Shown one piece after another: positions 27,638-41,358 of a DNA stretch of 64,000 bases. The stretch lies in contig OZ024749.1 in the NCBI GenBank assembly GCA_964016885.1, positions 42,842,001-42,906,000 of the forward strand, read 5' to 3'. Position numbers and translations under genes: made by a program. The notes under the pieces were generated by a model, which was not told the origin of the DNA, did not search any database, and was given only the letters and a program-made list of their open reading frames with translations. The stretch comes from Eledone cirrhosa (lineage: Eukaryota). Numbering within the stretch: the stretch's first letter is position 1; each line of letters opens with the position of its first letter.

Positions 27638-27861
27638 AAGTGCTTGAAAGGTAAAATATAAATAAATTAACGTGCACAGTCATATAGTCATGGCTGTGTA
27701 GTTAAGGTGTTCTTTGTGATTATTAGAGAGAGAGAGAGATAGGGAGTGTGTGTGTGAGAATGAGAGAATGAGAGAGCGAGAGAGAGAGAGAGTGTGTGTG
27801 TGTGTGTGAGTATCTATGTCTGTGTTTAAGTTTATTGTTTGTTTAAGTCTCGTAATAACCA
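27625..27861 (+). repeat. Local duplicated segment, copy 1 (copy 2 at 32300-32610)
   Basis: CAAAATAA.TGCTTGAAAGGTAAAATATAAATAAATTAACGTGCA ... GTTTAAGTCTCGTAATAACCA near identical in both places. Confidence 0.85.
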
Positions 27862-27889
27862 GTTTGACAAAAAGAAAAACAAAAAACAT

Positions 27890-28240
27890 TCATAAAATAT
27901 GTACCAGACTTGAAGAAACAAAGTGCTGTCAGTGATGTGATTGACTAAATCCGTTTAAGATGGAGCCCCAGCATGGCCACAGTCGAATGACTGAAGCAGG
28001 AAAAATAATGTATAGGTCTTTACCCGTAATAAATCTCATGGCATGAAATACTTCAAGCACATCAACTACGTGAATGCTGCCACCCCTTATCACACACTGT
28101 ACACACAAAAACTAATCAAAACTGTTCTATATCTAGATTTTAAGTTTCGCAGGTCGATGTGACCGACTAAATCTATACAAGGTGGTGCTACAGCATGGCC
28201 GACATCTAATGATTAAAACCAACGAAAGAATAAACGAATA
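27890..28240 (+). mobile_element. Two decayed SINE 3' tails (CCCCAGCATGGCC.CAGTC.AATGACTGAA type)
   Basis: Tail motif at about 27940-28010 and 28150-28235. Confidence 0.55.
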
Positions 28241-29078
28241 ACAGAATAAATAAACGAATACAGGCAGAATACACGACATAAATATCTGTAGAAACATCTT
28301 AGAAAGAACTGAGATATTACAGTGAATAACGGAAGTAAGACCGAAGTCTCCAACCTCAAAGCCAAGACTTATAATGAACTTTCGATAAAGGAATGAATAT
28401 TCTCGAACAACAACAACAACAACAACAACGGCAACAACAACAACAACGTCTGCTTTCTTGATCTATCGAAACTTCAACACTATGGCTCCGTTGTCTGAGA
28501 TAAAGAATACAGAATGTATTCCTTCTGTGTACATCAAGAAATCGTTTCAATCTTTTTCTCTATGCCAATGAAATAAGGTGATATGGTAAAAGAAATATTG
28601 TTTCCGTAGTGGTAGCAGTGATGTTCTCTTAAAGAGATAGAGAGGTGGACCAAGAAGAAGACAGTGAGATAAAGGGTGTTAGAGAGGGAGAGAGATAAAG
28701 AGTGATAGATAGAGAGGGAGATACATAGACAGAGAGAGATAAAGAGTGATAGATAGAGAGGGAGAGAGATAGACAGAGAGAGATAAAGAGTGATAGATAG
28801 AGAGAGAGAGAGATAAATAGTGATATATAGAGGGAGATACATAGACAGAGAGAGATAAAGAGTGATAGATAGAGAGGGAGAGAGATAAAGAGTGATAGAT
28901 AGAGACGGAGATACATAGACAGAGAGAGAGAGTTAGATCGATAGAGACAAGTAGAGAGGACGTGAGAGTTAGGTAGAGAGAAAGAGAATGTTAGATAGAG
29001 ATAAAGCGCAAGAAATCAGCGGAAGAGGTGGAGAGAGTATTAAGAAAGAGGATTGTTATCTTTCTAAATAAGTGTGTG

Positions 29079-29189
<111 letters not shown>

Positions 29190-29327
29190 AGTATATGTTG
29201 GTTGTATACCAACACTTCAGTATGCAGATTCGAGCACTCGACGAAGTGCGCAGGTTGGTTTGGTTACTCCGGAGTAATGTAAAATAAAATAAATAAATCA
29301 AATGTTTAAAATTTAGCTTCGTTTATT

Positions 29328-29385
29328 ACTGGTATATATATTTCGGTGACAGCCATCTTTGGCTGCGACCTCTTCAGGCAGCCCG
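29328..29385 (-). ncRNA. Type I hammerhead motif in PLE pLTR-like insert (29188-29430)
   Basis: Minus strand GCTGC-CTGAAGA-GGTCGCAGCCA aaga TGGCTGTCACC-GAAA-TATATA-TA-CCAGT-AATAAA; 11-bp stem II with one mismatch. Confidence 0.75.
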
Positions 29386-29449
29386 AATTAGTGTGGTAAG
29401 GACAAGTGCATGAGGTGTTGAGGTTGAGGTGTGTGTGAGTGTGAGTGTG

Positions 29450-29488
<39 letters not shown>

Positions 29489-29561
29489 CGTTAAACCGAG
29501 ACTGAATAAATGTGTTTATAAATATACACATGTCGAACATTCGTCTGTATGTTTATATACA

Positions 29562-29996
<435 letters not shown>

Positions 29997-30049
29997 ACTT
30001 TATACATATATATATATATATATACATATATGCATATATATATATACAC

Positions 30050-30085
<36 letters not shown>

Positions 30086-30521
30086 ATAAAAACAAATATC
30101 TATGTTACGCCATTCTATATTTTGAAAGTTTCGGTCGACTTATGCTGCAAAAAATACATTTTGATTAATTAATTAAGAAAATAATTAATCATTTTATTTA
30201 CTGACCCATAATTCCATTTACTTAAACTAAAAATAATTATCATCTGGAGGAAATAATCAATACACGGTCATGGATTTTACGTTCGGATTACTGAGAGAAA
30301 AGCATCTGTTTATCAGATATTTCTTCTTGGTCTTATTCTTGTATTTTTCCTATTTCCTTTCCGACTTCCCCCTCCTCCCCTTCCTTCCCCTCCCCCCCCT
30401 CTTCCTCCCACGTCGTCGCCATTACCATAATCATATAATAAAAACATCATCTTAGTTGTTTCGTTTTATTCTCTTTAATGTTGTTTCAGTGTGGTTCAGT
30501 ATATGTATATATATGTATATA

Positions 30522-30589
<68 letters not shown>

Positions 30590-30753
30590 TGGTAGAATGA
30601 AAAGATCACGTGACCTACTACTGGTCGAACGAACGCTCATTCCCCAGGATACAACATTTGGAGCACGTAATGCAATAGTAATATAAAATACACAGCACAT
30701 GATTATATGGTCACGCGTGCTCACATACCACATACATATACATACATACATAT

Positions 30754-30800
<47 letters not shown>

Positions 30801-31013
30801 CATAGATACATACATGCATATACATAGATGCATACATACATATACATAGATGCATACATGCATATACATAGATGCATACATACATATACATAGATGCATA
30901 CATGCATATACATAGATGCATACATACATATACATAGATGCATACATACATATACATAGATGCATACATACATATACATATATATATATATATATATACA
31001 TGGGCAGCCATCA

Positions 31014-31049
<36 letters not shown>

Positions 31050-31052
<3 letters not shown>

Positions 31053-31945
31053 GATGGCTGCCCCCTCGTTATCGAGTATGGCCATTGCACGATATACCAT
31101 TATTAATAATTATTAATTAATTCTATCGTGCAATGCTTGTGCGTGAAGATTTTTTTTTAAAGTGAGGAAATACTGTGCACTGAGCCAATCCCACTCTCTG
31201 AGCGACAGTAGTTATAACCCGAAAAGAAGAAAAGATCAACATCATCGGTAACTACTGAGCCGCAGGTTTTATATCGGTGTTATCCCAGTTTCTTGAGTTT
31301 CCTTCTCCTAGATATACATACATACATACATACATGCATACATACATTCATACATACATACATACATACATACATACATGGTGGCTGCCAACTCGTTTTC
31401 GAGTACGGCCACTACTTTATATCCATGTAGGAGAACCCCTACCGATGCGCTGAACGAGTGTGACTTTTCAGTCCGGCCAGCGACTTGAAAACTCTGGTAC
31501 AAACACTACACTCATGACAATTATTGACACATAGTGCTGGGCCCATGGTACCATGTGACGACAAGTGCAGAGAGATCTCCAGATATAAAGCAATGCCTGT
31601 GCCGTGAAGCTTTTATAGTGAGCAAAGGCACTGCACAAAGCCAGTCCCACTCTCTTAACCAAGATGATATTTACCAAAAAGAAGAACAAGTCAACATCAT
31701 TGGATACCATCAGGGTTGCAGGTGTTATATCAGAGTTTTCCTTCTAGAATTCTGCCTTGACAAAGGCTAAGGGGTCATCTCTCCCGGTAATTTTGGATGG
31801 CCATTGACTCTTAAGAGTTCCTTTGACAGGTTTTGTTTTTCGTCCTGCAGGATGTCCAAAGTCACCCTCCTCACCAAGAAACCTTGGTGAGGTTGCCAGT
31901 TTAATCGCCAACGATCCGACCATGAGACAGGTTGTACTGGGATAC
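31050..31945 (-). mobile_element. Two RTE-type non-autonomous elements (5' UTR fused to 3' tail): 31050-31313 and 31378-31945
   Basis: Mutually homologous; minus-strand CTAGGAGAAGGAAACTC resembles an RTE 5' UTR motif; 3' end CTCGATAACGAGGGGGCAGCCATCAT plus simple repeat. Confidence 0.55.
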
Positions 31946-32454
31946 ATACATACATACATACATACATACATACATACATACATACATGCATACATACATA
32001 CATTCAGTGCCGGAATTAGGACAAATGACACGCTGTACTAGTAAGGCCCTTTGCTATGTTACGTTATGAGGCCCCTTACTTGGCCCCTGAATGAGGTAGG
32101 CCCAGTAGCCCTACAAGAAGATGTGACCCCGCTGTCCGGCGGAGCCATGTGCTTTAGCACACCTAAGCACAACTGTAAAACTGGCACTGCACACACACAT
32201 TCTCATATACAAAAACACATGCACCTTCAGATCCTCAGATGCAATAACATTCACGCACACACACACACACACACACACCCACACACACACACACACACCC
32301 ACACACAAAATAAATGCTTGAAAGGTAAAATATAAATAAATTAACGTGCATAGTCATGGCTGTGTAGTTAAGGTGTTCTCTTTGTGATTATGAGAGAGAG
32401 AGAGAGAGTGAGAGAGAGAGAGAGGGAGAGAGATAGGGAGTGTGTGTGTGTGAG

Positions 32455-32492
<38 letters not shown>

Positions 32493-32510
32493 GGAGTGTG
32501 TGTGTGTGAG

Positions 32511-32550
<40 letters not shown>

Positions 32551-32620
32551 TGTGTGTGAGTATCTATGTCTGTGTTTAAGTTTATTGTTTGTTTAAGTCT
32601 CGTAATAACCACAGCCTCGT

Positions 32621-32656
<36 letters not shown>

Positions 32657-32935
32657 CACACATTTACCCTGTTGGTGTCCAAATTCTAATGAAAAAATTG
32701 TTGGTTCTAGTAGAAACTCTCCATTGGTGAGATTGCATAAATTAAACCCAGTTGGAGGGAGACTGTAGTAGAAAAGACCAATGGAACAATGCAAGAACGA
32801 GGAACAACTTTTCTTCTATACATATATTGAAAATACAACAGTTACAGTTTAACAATTTTTAGTAAAAAAGTTTTCATATCTGCTTATATATATATGTGTG
32901 TGTGTGTGTGTATGTATGTATATACAGTGTATATT

Positions 32936-33004
<69 letters not shown>

Positions 33005-33105
33005 ATATATATATATGTGTGTGTATATATATTTGTATATATATAGGCGTATATATATGTGTATATATATATGTGTATATATATGTGTGTATCTATATAT
33101 ATATA

Positions 33106-33176
<71 letters not shown>

Positions 33177-33262
33177 AAATAAGGATAAGGAGGATTATAG
33201 AAGTATCCGAGAAATTTATATAATTTATAAAATAAACTTATTACAAGCAATAATAAAATAAT

Positions 33263-33830
33263 AACCTGAAATGAAGTCACTCTTCATTTCAGGTTGGGCA
33301 GTATACACGTGCTTTTGCCTATGGTTTGTGTACGTCAACAACAATCAAACACGAAAGTCAGCACATTAGTTGTCACAGTCAATTTAAATCATGATGACAT
33401 ATGGGTGTTTTGGTGAAACAAGCACGAGTCTATGCAGACAATTAACAATGCACCACAAAAATGAATGACAGATGTAGTCACCTCATCAATAAGCCGAAAC
33501 AAATAACTTAACTAAAAGTTGCAGAGAATAAAAGAGTAAAATGAAGGAGAACAATTTGAAAAAAATAACAGATAGCATTAAATAATTATAAAATCATCGT
33601 ATTTAGACAAATAAACTCGGAAAATAACAATGTCAGTTAATTTTACACTATGTCATAAACAAAAGGCCTTACATAAGGCTTTATATCAATGCGTAGCTAC
33701 ACGGCAATCATCATATAACAACCGACATAGCATAGACTAGCGTTCTTACACACTAAATCAATAGTAACATAGCAAACACTATAATTCAATGTCATTCAAA
33801 ATGACATGAATGTAACTGTAATAATAGGCC
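33263..33830 (+). pseudogene. Decayed Penelope-like element 3' part (GIY-YIG endonuclease remnant)
   Basis: 33391-33468 encodes MMTYGCFGETSTSLCRQLTMHHKNE* (cf. YIGxTxxxLxxRLTMH); frameshifted VV..QFK upstream and LKKITDSIKIIIKSSYLDK downstream; 14-bp hairpin at the 5' end. Confidence 0.5.
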
Positions 33831-33982
33831 GAGTTAGATATTTTCAGTTAGGAAAACAAAATAATATAAAAAAATGTGACCCGGTGAATCTTTTACTCTT
33901 TGGAAAGCCTCTCCCCTTCTCTCTCTCTTAAATATAAATATAACATATATATGTCTATATATTAAATCTCTCTCTATCTCTA

Positions 33983-34022
<40 letters not shown>

Positions 34023-34129
34023 CTTTCTAAAGAGTGATGTGTATTTTAACATTGTATTTATAATATACTTGGAATATATATATGAATTCATGTTACAACC
34101 CAATATACATATATATATATATATATATA

Positions 34130-34290
34130 CAGTAATAATAATAAATTTGAACACTAAAATCCAAAGAGGGCTCGATAAGGATAAATATATATCAAATATA
34201 TAAGAACCATAGAGCAAATATTGTTTCAGAAGATCCCGTTAAGGGTGAAAGCAGCGATTCTTTGCTTAAACTTTAATCTGTTATTTTAAT
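34130..34290 (+). mobile_element. Family C element with variant HHR (34223-34271)
   Basis: GTTT-CAGAAGA-TCCC gttaa GGGT-GAAA-GCA gcgattctt TGC-TT-AAAC. Confidence 0.65.
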
Positions 34291-34774
34291 ATATATATAT
34301 ACATACATAAACAAACGTCTTATTTAAGTTAATACATAACGTTTATATACAACAATATTTTCATATGAACATGCATATTGATGAACTTGTGTAGAGTACA
34401 CGTATATATTATATATATATGTGTGTGTATATATGTGTGGTGTGTATACTTATATATTATTAAACATATGAACATAATATGTGTGTTTACCTTTCTCATA
34501 CATAACATACATACATACAGACAGACATACATAACATACATACAGACATACAGCCAGACACATAAATGCGATCATTAGATAGTGTCATCTTTAAATGTGG
34601 CCTTTCAATTTCGCAAATGTCGGCCGCCATTTAACACAGAAAACTTGTTGTTTCCTGTGCTGTCTCCCGTGTCCTCCTAATCTGAGACACGCCATATTAC
34701 ATAACTGGCCCATCCCATCATCATCATCATTCTAACATATCATAGCTGCTTGTCAACTATTTCACCAGAGATTT

Positions 34775-36095
34775 ATTGGAATGGCAAACTCATTAGAGCG
34801 CCGAACAAAATAATTTGCGGCCTTTGTTCCGACATTTTTCGTTGTGAGTTCAAATCCTTGAGGTCAGCTTTGCCTTTCACCCTTCCGGTGTTTATAAATA
34901 AAGTACCAGTTACGTTTTGGGGTCGATGTAATCGGCTTTCGCCTTACCATGAACTGTTGGCCTGATGCCTAAGTTAGATACCATTATTAGTATTACTAGG
35001 TTAACTTTGCCTTTCATCCTTACGGGGTCGATAAAATAAAGTACCAGTAATACACTGGGTATTTGCTGGCCTTGTGCCAAAAGTAGATACCATTATTAGT
35101 ATTACTAGGTTAACTTTGCCTTTCATCCTTACGGGGTCGATAAAATAAAGTACCAGTAATACACTGGGATAATTGCTGGCCTTGTGCCAAAAGTAGAAAC
35201 AATTATTAGTATTACTAGTAGTAGTAATTATAATAGCAGCATTAATAGTAATAGTAGTAATGGTAATAGTAACAATATACGTTGTATTACTATTAACGGT
35301 GTTACTAGTTTAACGCATTACTATTATTAGGGTCATTGTAGAGGGTCAGACGCCATGCTTTGCAGCATAGAGTTACGCCTCTTTACAGTATGAGTTCAAA
35401 TCCCACCGAGGTCGACTTTTCTCTGCCCCAAAATTGGTGATCTTATGCCTATATAAGGCAACACTATTATTAGGGTCATTGGCAGAATGGTTTGAGTGTC
35501 GAACAAATGCTTAGCATTATTTGTTCTGGATCTTTACCTCGTGAGTTCAAATCCCACCGAGGTCAACTTTGGCCTTTATCCTTCCTGGGTCGATAAATAA
35601 TCTACTGGGGGTTGATTTAGTAGAGATTTCCTTCCCTTCAAAACAGCTGGTTTTGTGCCTGAATTAGAAGCTTTGCAGCATTGAGTTACGCCTCTTTACG
35701 GTCTGAGTTCAAATCCTGCCGAGGTTAGCTTTGCCTTTCATCCTTACGGGGGTCGATAAAATAAAGTACCAGTAATGGACTGGGATAATTGCTGGCCTTG
35801 TGCCTGAATTAGAAACGAATATTCTTATTAGTTGTATTAGTAATATGGATTGACAGAATAGAAAATAGGATAAAGGGTTTGACAGTATCCGTTCTGATGA
35901 TCTGTTGCGTTCTGATGATCTGTTGCGTTCTGATGATCTGTTGCGTTCTGATGATCTGTTGCGTTCAAAATCCACGAAGGTCAAATGTACTTTTTATCTT
36001 TCGAGGGTCGATAAAATAAATTTCCAATCTAGTACTGGGTCGATATAATCGACTTTTCCCTTCTACCAAATCTGCTGACTTTTTGTCTAAATCAG
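34775..36095 (+). mobile_element. SINE family 1 array (about 7 full or partial copies) with internal tandem duplications
   Basis: 3' half duplicated as ~109-bp units (34975-35215); 18-bp repeat GTTCTGATGATCTGTTGC x4 at 35892-35963. Confidence 0.85.
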
Positions 36096-36272
36096 TAGTT
36101 TTATTATAATTGTAGTGGTTGTAGTAGCAATACTACTAGTAGTATAATTTGTAGCACCATCATATTCATTACTATTAGCAACTGCAGTAGTAGTAGTAGT
36201 AGTAGAATCTATAACATTAGTAGCAGTAGTAGTAGAATTAATATTACCATCATGCTTATTATCATTAGCAAC

Positions 36273-36316
<44 letters not shown>

Positions 36317-37302
36317 AACTTATAACATTAGTAGTAGTAGTAGTATAATTAATAGTACCTTAATGCTCATTATCATTAGCAACAGTAGTAGTAGTAGTAG
36401 AATTTATAACATTAGTAGCAGTAGTAGTAGTACTAGTAGTAGATTTTATAACATTAGTAGCAGCACTATCATCGTAGTTATAAACAACATCATCATTGCC
36501 ACCATGTTTCTTGTTATTTTTATTTTTGTTGTTGTCAATTTACATTTTTAGGTTACACCACCACCACTACCACCACAACAGAATCAACTCCAATTATAGC
36601 ACCCTCCACAACCACCAATACCTCACACACCACTACGACTTCCACCGCTATCACTACCATCCACCATCACCACCATCACTAACCGACCAAACACTAAAAA
36701 GGCCGAAGCAATTACAATTTCACAGAATTTTAGCTTCGCTAACACGAAAGTAAAACAAATAAAACTAAAAATAAACTTTAAAAACAACTAAAAAAACTGA
36801 ACAAAAAACAAACTAACAAAAGCACCATCAAATGAACAAAAATTAAAATAATTATGACAATAATAACATGGGTGAATAATATGTCTATAGCGTTTGGTTT
36901 TATTTAAATAACTCTTCACATGAACTCTTTACTATATTTCAAATCTATTATTCAAAGAGTAAAGTTAACTCTAGAAGGCAGAATTTGTTTTATATAATTC
37001 AGTAACACAACAGGAAACAAAACGAAGAAAGGAGAGGGCGAGAAACCGGGAGTAGAAAACCCCTATACTTTTGGCTAGATGGCATAGCCCTGTTGCTCCA
37101 GACAGATGAGATAGCGGGAGCCTTGTTGCGGAAAACTATAAAAACATAACCCTTGCATCCACCCAGGAGTGATGACTAGACTCCAAAGTCGCGGAGTAAA
37201 AAAGCAGTCAAGGGACAACCTAATTTCGTGAGGTTTAAAAGCAGTCTAGGGACTAGGGACCAAGAATAACTAAAGTATTAATAAAGACCAAGATAAAAAA
37301 GA

Positions 37303-37349
37303 AGCGGTCAGTCAAAGCCCGGTATCTGACCGGGCTTTGACTGACCGCT
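37303..37349. other. Perfect 21-bp GC-rich hairpin
   Basis: AGCGGTCAGTCAAAGCCCGGT-atctg-ACCGGGCTTTGACTGACCGCT. Confidence 0.9.
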
Positions 37350-37987
37350 GTACAACAGTGACTTGGTTTTTGTGGCTGAAGTGGAGAAATTGTCGCAATA
37401 TGTGACGTCCCAGATAAATGCTCTAATTACTTCAAACGAAAAATAAAGGGTTATTCTAGTCTGGGGAACCATCCTTTCCGCAGTCGAAGACAACCATTTC
37501 CAGTTATAACAGAAATTTCGTCCGTATGCTGAGATCTCAAAGTCAGAAGTGTTCAGAAAATCTTTAACAAACCTCTAATGTACTAATTTCTTTCAACAAT
37601 AACATTTCGAAAACGATATATATATGTATTAATTTAACAATGAAAATAATAACAAAGTCGAGTTATTTTACCTATTCATATCATTGTTTTACGATCGTTT
37701 CGGAGGGTTGATCATATTGACATATTGTCTTATCTATAGCAGTTATATAACTGTATACTATCAGGCCTCATATATAGGTTCGATCAAACCGTCTTCTTCG
37801 GAAACAATATATATATGTGTATATATATATAGTAATTATATATATTTTTATTCATTTAATTCTTTAAGTTCAGTGAATTGTCAGAATTGATAGAGCATCG
37901 GACAAAATGAAAATACCTTGTGGTATTTTTACATTCTGGGTTCAAGTTCTGCCGAGATCAACCTTACATTTCTTCCTCGCAGCATCA

Positions 37988-38098
37988 TGTCAGTAAGAGC
38001 TGAGCTCGATTTAAATGTCAGTAAGAGCTGAGCTCGATTTAAGTGTCAGTAAGAGCTGATCTCGATTTAAGTGTCAGTAAGAGCTGAGCTCGATTTAA
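37988..38098. repeat. 28-bp tandem repeat x4 at the end of a decayed SINE
   Basis: TGTCAGTAAGAGCTGAGCTCGATTTAA(A/G) units. Confidence 0.9.
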
Positions 38099-38633
38099 TC
38101 TTATTTTCTCTCCTTTCCTCAAAAATTTCTTAAATAAAAACCAATTACTTTACTTCCACTGAAACAGTTTTCTTAAACTTTTTTGTACCTTTAATTGTTA
38201 CCGTTGTTGAATAGTTATTAGGATGTCGGTTTATATATCCTAAGTCTCTTTGAAGATGTGTGTTAAATTCATTATGCATTAAAATTTGCGAGAGAATTCA
38301 TTTTTCTTATCTTAGTATGCAAATAAACGCATTCAAAGAAAAGTAAAAGTACAAAAAACTCTTCGCTTCAGCGTATGTTGTGACTAGTCAATTTTAGAAT
38401 TAATTTTTAATGCAAATTTAAACTAATTATGAATGCATAGTAAGTTTTAAGAGGCTGTATCGATAAGTTACTATATAACTATAGATTCTGAAAATCTACT
38501 TTGAGGTTTTACAAAATATATTCATGTATTCATAACTATAAGTTCTTTAATATATGCTTACGATTATATGATTATATATCCCACAAACATTCTTTAAACA
38601 ATTCTTGAAGAAGGGAAAGTCAGTACATATAAC

Positions 38634-38748
38634 CTGCAGTTTTTCTATTTGGAGACTACTCAAAAACTCTTTGGCAGTATTTGTTCCAGAAACTACCAGT
38701 CTGAGGGAGACGGCATCTTGTAACTGATCATTAAAAAAACTACCAAGA
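38634..38748 (-). other. Possible 115-bp internal exon (unassigned)
   Basis: Minus strand TTGTATCTCCAG acceptor and CAG|GTTATA donor; only one frame open (LGSFFNDQLQDAVSLRLVVSGTNTAKEFLSSLQIEKLQ). Confidence 0.25.
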
Positions 38749-39174
38749 CTGGAGATACAATATATTGTCAACAGTATACTAATTATAGACAAGGTCCTTC
38801 AGTACATGGAGGCGACGAAAAGATTAAAAACAGACATTTAGCCATCCATGTTTACACAGTTTTTTATTTCATGTATACGTCTTTTGTCCTCCGTTGACCT
38901 TCCCCTTAATTTATCTCGCTTGTTGTTGTTTATTAACTGTAAGAGGTACTAGATACCGCTGCTAATCTTCTGTGGCTTACTAGCTCTACACTGACATCTA
39001 AATTGATTAAATAAGTAAATAAATAAAATAGCACCTTCGAGATTCAACTATTCCGCGGTTTAATGTCACCAACTAAACAGTGAGTGCTTTGGCAGATAGC
39101 ACTCAATACTCTCTTGCAAATATTCCAGCCAGGTCTCTGGTTTTTAAGATAATATCCTTTCTCTCCTATTTCCA

Positions 39175-39362
39175 TCAATCTCTTCTTTGCCCACTTATTC
39201 CTGAGAGGTTCGTGGGGACAGAGTTCTCAAACACTCATTCCAGCGGTCCTGTCCTGGAGACGGTTGCTTTTGACAGGCCCCACTGGAAGGAGTGTTTGAG
39301 GACTCTTCCCCCACTAAAAGCTCAGAAATAAGTGGGCTATGAGATGAAGAAGAAGGGATTGG
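39175..39362. repeat. Long imperfect hairpin (about 65-bp core stem)
   Basis: CCCACTTATTCCTGAG..GTGGGG..AGAGTTCTCAAACACTC..TTCCAG..CCTGTC pairs with GACAGG..CTGGAA..GAGTGTTTGAGGACTCT..CCCCAC..CTCAGAAATAAGTGGG. Confidence 0.85.
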
Positions 39363-39923
39363 TAGAAAGGTGAGAGAAAATCCAGGGACCTGGCTGTAAT
39401 ACTTGCAAGAAAGTCCTATCTGCCAAAGCACACACGGTCTAGTTGACGACGTTAAACCGGAGGTCTCATGGTTTGAATATTTTTTATCAGTCAAGAAGAT
39501 TGAAATTACTTTATATTCTCTTCCTTTAGTTATCACATGACATGATTAGATTATTACATTATGAGAATTTTTAGTAAGTAGGTGAGAGGTCGATTTGAAA
39601 GGGCTGCTGATAAAACAATTGCAGCGATATAGCGATAACTGGAAATAGAATAGTGATTTGCTGACTGTAGTACTCTAATGTTTGTTTACAAATGTAACAA
39701 GTTTAGATTCATCCTTGATGAAGACCAAATTAAAACAAGATAATATAAAAGAGGTCAAGCTGTGAATTTCTTGTATGACGATTCCGTGGTTTATTTTCAG
39801 AACGTCTATGTTTACATTTAGTTCAATGTAGACATATAAGCTCTTCATATTGATCGCATGTAGTATTAAACTCGTATATATACATATATAATTTGTGTGT
39901 GTATTTGTACTTATGTATGCATA

Positions 39924-40076
39924 CCAGTGGCGGATCATGGGGAGAGATGGCAGGGCTGTAATCTGGAACCTCAGGATATATTTAGGGTCCCAAATGCTTT
40001 TGCTACCATAGAATATACGCAAGAGCCACGATGAAATTTTCATTCAAGAGCCCCATGTAAGTTTTAAATGCCCCTA
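39924..40076 (+). mobile_element. Possible hAT-type MITE
   Basis: Starts CAGTGGCGGATC and ends AAATGCCCCTA (degenerate inverted end). Confidence 0.35.
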
Positions 40077-40113
40077 ATGCGTGCATCCCTATACATGTGT
40101 ATGTGTGTGTTTC

Positions 40114-40152
<39 letters not shown>

Positions 40153-41096
40153 ATGTGTGTATACATGTGTGTATGTATTATATGTATTATATGTATTATA
40201 TTAGTGTATGCATGTGTGTATGTATTGTATGTATTATATTATTGGTCTAAATGATAAGGACTAGTTGCACCATGGTATGAAAATGTACCCCCCCCCCACA
40301 CACACACGTACACACACACGTGTCTCTCGGATTACGAATGCGTGTACAGTAGATGACTTGCCAAAAACACATTTTAAAATCAATAAACTAACACAGACAT
40401 ATATTTCTTTATACATAAAGACAGACACACACACACACACTTATTGATACACACGTACCCAGACAGACGTATCTCCATACATACATACACACACATGAAT
40501 CCATACCCAAGTAGACATTATCTCTACATAGAGCAATATACATGCAGACATTATATATCTCACTCCACAATATATATATATATACACACACACATATATA
40601 TATACATATATATATACGTATATATCTTAACGAGACGCATTCCAATGCAACGATGAAATTATTACGAAATTTGAAAGGAATAAATTTATATATAGAATAG
40701 TTCAGATATTTCTGTTAATCATAAAGTGTTTTGAATTAATGTCTTTTAATGTTCATCAAAGAATTTCAAAATAAGTATTGAACATGTAGACGATTAAAAA
40801 CAAAAAGAATATAAAACTAAGATAAAACGAAATAAAAATAATAATCACATTTTTTTTTACTTCTAAATTTAGAACTTTACCAAAAGACTCTCTCGTTCTC
40901 AAGAAATTGCATTCATTCTTAATTATAAAATTGATGTCATTTGCAGAAAGGAAAAATACACTCTCGGTGGTAAAACAGTTCTTTTCAATCCTTTAATTTT
41001 CTAATGATGTTAGCACAGCAATCTGACCATCCCGATATCTATCTTAATCTGTAGCCTACCTAATAAATTATCTCACAGAAATTGTATATATTTATT

Positions 41097-41171
<75 letters not shown>

Positions 41172-41358
41172 TCCATGTCAGTAGTATTGGAAATGTTTTC
41201 CAAAGGAATTTACTTTGCACTAATAAAATTGAAATGGCGGTATTAGATACTGTGCTGTTACCATGCACTTAACCACCTGCAATTTATTATGTCACATCAA
41301 ATGAAACCAATATCGATGCTGTTGCATGTTGCAATATATATATATATATATATATATA

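Noticed and set aside
35892-35963. Four CTGATGA motifs
   Set aside because: Part of an 18-bp slippage repeat in a SINE; no stem II or GAAA
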